In this document: one piece after another, positions 59,625 through 64,000 of the stretch
Layout of the letters: every line of letters begins with the position of its first letter
Numbering within the stretch: the stretch's first letter is position 1
Origin: Amoebophrya sp. A120
Lineage: Eukaryota > Protista > Dinoflagellata
Assembly: GCA_905178155.1 (NCBI GenBank)
Contig: CAJINV010000009.1
Coordinates: 682,001-746,000 of the forward strand
Direction: 5' to 3'
Length of the DNA: 64,000 nucleotides
Made by a program: the position numbers and the translations under genes
Notes under the pieces: generated by a model
Database searches by the model: none
Told to the model about the DNA's origin: nothing
What the model saw: the letters and a program-made list of their open reading frames with translations, nothing else

Positions 59625-62600
59625 ATGGCAACTTCTCGGAAAGCGAAATTTCGCAAGCTGGCGTCGGCTGACAGCCTGCACAATTCGAACACGAGTGGAG
59701 ATCTGGACATCAACATCGTGACACAGCAGCACCGGCGCGGCCACACAGCCAGTCCACCTCCTGGTGCTAACGGTGGTCACAATAACAATTCCGAAGATGA
59801 CTCCTCGGACGCCGAAGTTGATGGCGACGCGTACTCCTCAGAGGAGGACGAAGACTATTTGTCCAGCGAGTCCGAGTTTGTGCCGCAAGCGAACTACGCT
59901 GGCCTGGACGGAAACAAAGACGAGCTGGAGGATGATTTCGGTGCAATCCAGGACGACGATCTCGACTTCTCGTTCTCAACATCAAGGAACCCAATATTAA
60001 CTCGGAGGAGTGTCGGGCGAGGGAGCGTTGGGAGGAAACAAACCAGGAGGAAACGCTCGCGGTCATCTGGCGGCTTTATGTTTATTAACGGCCGCACTCA
60101 GCATGAAAGAGTCTTCGCGGGAGGAGCAGCAGAAGGTCAAGACGATAGTACCAGCGGTGAACAGCACCAGCGAGAGATGAAAACTCTGGAGCAGCAAAAA
60201 AAGGCAGAATTCCAGCAAAGCCAGAAGCAGCAGCAGTTTCAGGCGGCGGCGTCGCTGTTCAAGAACCTGAAGAACAAGGTCGCCGGTCACATTATTTGGA
60301 ACGCGTTTCAGGACCTGTTTGTCAAGAACCGATCGAAATTCGATCCACGAAAGCTCGCAGCCCACAAACTGAAGGACGAAATCGCGATCGTGGATACCTG
60401 GGTCGAGCAGGGGCGAAAGGAACGGTGGGCGGTGGAAGAGACGAGTCTGTCGAAGGAGAACCATACGACCACCATCTTGAAGGCAATTCTCGGCGGAAAG
60501 GGCGGCGGGAGGTTAGGCGTTGGCTTGGGGACTTCTAGTGCCGCCAGCGCACAGCATTTAGCCCAGCAACTTCTTGACATGTCCAGCACCTCCAACGCCG
60601 CGGCGATCGGCAGCAAGCAGAAGCAACAACGAACAAAAGAGAACTTTGGATCCGCTTCTGCTGCTGCGGATAGCAAAAACGTGGAAACGGAAATAGGCCT
60701 GCATTTGCTGCTCGGAAGCGGGGAGAAGGCTGTGGCGACCGTGAACGCGATCTTGCTGCAACTACACGCGGAGCTGGCGGATACGATCGCGCGAGCAGCG
60801 CTGCGAAATATCGAAGAAGTGGAGGGCCCAGCGTTGAGCAGTACTTATTTGACGCTAGTTTTGCGCGTTTATTTTTTTTTTTGGTTTCATGATCTTCCAC
60901 TTCTTACTTTTCTCGATTTGCAAAATAGTTTTTCGGAACAACGAACAAGTAAAGTGTTGCCGCCGCTTGCTGGTCGTCTCGCACTCCAATTAGGAGATGC
61001 AACGGCACGACTCGCAACCTCATTTGTCGACAGTCCTGACAGAAAAAATCCATTTGAATTCATAACATGCACACTTCAGCCGCGGAGCTTCAGCGCCAGC
61101 GCGACAACCGAACTTCCCGCTTCAAAATGGCGACTGCAGGAACCTCAGCTGCCACAGCAAAAGACGCAGTTGGTGCTGATGACCACGCAGAAAAGGTTGA
61201 TCAGGACGAAAACCCGGCAGGAGCTGCGGAACAGAACAAGGATGAGGATGAAGAGGAAGACTCCGCGTCTGACATAACAATTCCAGATAAAGAGAAAGAG
61301 CGGCTGGAGCGGGTCAGTAAAGTTGCCGAGGTCACGAACCCGCTCACCCTGGAAGTCGACGTCCCCACCTCGGTTTTGTCGTCAATTTCTGCGCTTGCCA
61401 GTATTTCTTCTGGTGGAACTGTGCCGAGCGGGACCGTTTTTGGTGACCATGATCCATTGACCAGCTCCTCCTCCCCAGCGACGCTTTACGACTTTTGCTC
61501 CTCACAGCTCGCGCTCCCAGCGGAAGGTGCAGGTGGCATCAACGACCAGCAGCCTGACGATTTTTTTGTGAGTAATTTTGTGCGGGCCATGGAGCGCAAC
61601 GCCAGCACAATGACAATGGATCGCAACGTGAGCGCGGTCACTGCCGGCACAGTGGGCGGCACAGCCAGCCTCGCAAGCGACGCAGCAGTCGCCTTTCCCC
61701 CACCACTGCCCTCTCCACTAGCTTCGACGGCCACTGTAGGAGGATCGTTAGGCGCGCAACTGCAAAAGGCCCAACGGCAACAGTTCTACCTCTTATCCGC
61801 TCTAGTATACGGCTCAGATGCTGGAGGTTCAGGGGTTGTTGACCAGAGCGGAGGTCCAGTTGTGAGCAGTGAAGGGGCAGCACCAGGAGCAGACTCTGAC
61901 CGAAACAATGTTGCATCTTCTCAAGCGAGAAAATCACCAGAGGTGTCGAGCGAACAAAGGCAGTTGTATTCGAGGCAGTTTCAAGCACTGGCGCAAGCGC
62001 GAATCAAGATTGTCAACGTGGACCCCGGATCCGCACACGAAATGCTGAAGAAGCGCAAGGTTTCGCATAAGCTGCGACAGGTTTTGGACCGGGTGCAGCA
62101 GCAGACGTTGCGGGAAAGGGAAAGACTCCGCGGCATACAGGAACTACTGAAAGCGATCGGCGGAGGAGGATCCGGACAACCACCCGCTCTTGAGGATGTT
62201 ACACCAGGAGAGACGAAGAAGAAAAAAAAGCGCAAATCAGAGAAGTCTCCAAAGAAGAAGAAGCGAGAACAGGCGGGAAAGACCGATGAAGATGATCAGG
62301 AAGAGCGCGGCGTCGATGAGGAAATTATTGAGCTGGAGGACGACGAGCAACTACCTGCTGCAACGCTTGACGCACCGCCCACGAACAACAGGGCGGATAA
62401 CGAGCCACGAACAACAACTATGGGAAATTCTACGGGTGCAGAGGACGCAAGCAAAGTAGCTGGAGAAGAAGATCCAGACTCACCTGCTCCTGCGCTGGAG
62501 GACATCGAGTTTTCGATCGAGGACGACGCACTGGACGAGTTGTCATCCTCTCTCGCATCAAGCGACAGCGAGGACGATGATGCCAACACGACCGGTGACG

Positions 62601-64000
62601 AGATGATGAAAACTTCCCGCAAAACCAAGTCCAAGAAAAACAAAAGAAAAACTAAAACTCCGAAGCAGTTCACGGGTTTGAGCAAAAAAACGAGGCTCGA
62701 AGACCTGCTTTTAGACGTTCAGCAGCAGCAGCAGTCATCGAGCGACATCTTTTGCCACCCTGTCAACAGTGACGGGAATCCTTTTGCGACGGGACCAGAT
62801 TTCGGGCCTTCAGACATCGATCTTCTCGGAGACGGCGGTGCGCAAGGTGGTAAGACAAAAAAGCAGAACTGGACGTCTCGGCTGAATTTGAACGAGTCCA
62901 AAGGCCTCTTATCCCATCCGACCTTTCGGCAATTGATGCACAACGAGACCCAGGATCAAGTGATTGAGTTGGTCGGAAGCACGTCGTTTCGACACAAGCA
63001 GGCGATCAAAGATTTCGAAAACAAGTCGATCGCGCACACGGAATACTGCGAATTTCGCACGCGGCAGCAGTGCGAGCACAACCGCGGGCCCGGGGTGGTG
63101 TGCAAAAAGATCCACTTCAAACGCGTGATCCGCCCCTGGACGGAGTTGGCACTGGGGGATTGCAGTTACTTGAACACCTGCAGGAAAATGAACACTTGCA
63201 AATACGTGCACTACACCCTGGATCTCACCTTCTCGCAGACGCAAGAAATCTCCAGCAAGCTGGGCCAGAACTTCGCCTCCAGCAACCAAAACGCCGCCAG
63301 AGGTGGGGGTGAGGGCGGAACAGCTAACGACGACAGTACTAACGCCAACAAAACCAACAACGCAAATGCGTTGTTGAATGTGGAAGCACAGGACGCGCGG
63401 AAAATCAACGAGTTGCAGATCCGCCACGCGCTCCCTTCGCAGTGGATCAATTGCGACGTGCGGTCGTTCGATTTTGGCATTCTGCACAACCAGGTGGATG
63501 TGATCATGGCGGACCCACCGTGGCACATCCACATGGAGCTTCCCTACGGCACGTTGACGGACGACGAGATGCGGTCCCTACCGATCGAGAAGGTGCACGA
63601 CAACGGCATGATTTTCCTGTGGGTGACCGGGCGCGCCGCGGAGCTGGCTCGGGATTGCATGAAAAAGTGGGGCTACAAGCGCGTCGAGGAGATCATCTGG
63701 GTGAAAACGAACCAGCTGCAGCGCGTGATTCGCACTGGGCGCACGGGCCACTGGCTAAACCACAGCAAGGAACACTGCATCGTGGGGATCAAGGGGAAGC
63801 CGCGCGGCATGAACCGCAATCTGGACTGCGACGTCATCGTGTCCGAGGTGCGCGAGACCTCGCGCAAGCCGGACGAAGTGTACAACCTGATCGAGCGTAT
63901 GTTCCCGACCTCCCTGAAACTCGAGATCTTTGGTCGCCCGCACAACGCGCACCGGAACTGGGTCACGTTGGGCAATCAGCTACTGGGTGTGCACTTGTGC
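59625..64000 (+). CDS. METTL3: mRNA m6A methyltransferase catalytic subunit (MT-A70), runs off the right edge; exons 59625-60840 and 61080-64000
   Basis: CCCH fingers (YCEFRTRQQC...CKKIHF, GDCSYLNTCRKMNTCKYVHY), DVIMADPPWHIHMELPYGT, IRTGRTGHWLNHSKEHC, RETSRKPDE and WVTLGNQL. Phase-compatible GT-AG intron 60841-61079. The long exon is absent from the ORF track because it has no stop in the window. Confidence 0.93.

Noticed and set aside
20024-64000. LSM5 and METTL3 (RNA-processing genes) in an introner-rich window as a functional cluster
   Set aside because: They are ~40 kb apart among unrelated genes, and both have ordinary core motifs; there is no evidence of linkage to introner splicing.
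1-64000. CRISPR arrays, rRNA, tRNA, snRNA genes
   Set aside because: No regularly spaced repeats or recognisable structural RNA seen by eye; a covariance-model scan (tRNAscan-SE, Infernal/Rfam) would be needed to exclude them.

Overview
Gene-dense eukaryotic window, about 50% GC by eye. Every recognisable gene is on the + strand, and the genes carry a mix of GT-AG introns and non-canonical introns. The architecture resembles the parasitic dinoflagellate Amoebophrya (Syndiniales); this is an inference, not a database result. Recognisable genes: phosphoserine aminotransferase, an AspH-like KDEL protein, LSM5, DGAT2, dCTP pyrophosphatase, a GT4 glycosyltransferase, a 3-beta-HSD/epimerase-family SDR and METTL3 (runs off the right edge), plus several large low-complexity proteins. 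The main signal is 12 MITE-like introner elements (115-352 bp) inside coding sequence. They have TAT...ATA termini, terminal inverted repeats of about 28-85 bp and 5-bp target-site duplications, and most carry the motif GCATGACAAA/TTTGTCATGC. Removing an element plus one TSD copy restores the reading frame in all 12 cases. Ten copies cannot be removed precisely with GT-AG ends. One family occurs in both orientations. In the two copies with imperfect TSDs, every mismatch is a base that creates GT or AG, which looks like conversion into ordinary introns. Also present: a 5'-truncated RTE-like LINE (12-bp TSD) with a zinc-finger insertion inside its RT, and a 634-bp non-coding retroposon-like insert with a 20-bp TSD. 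Splicing is inferred from DNA only.
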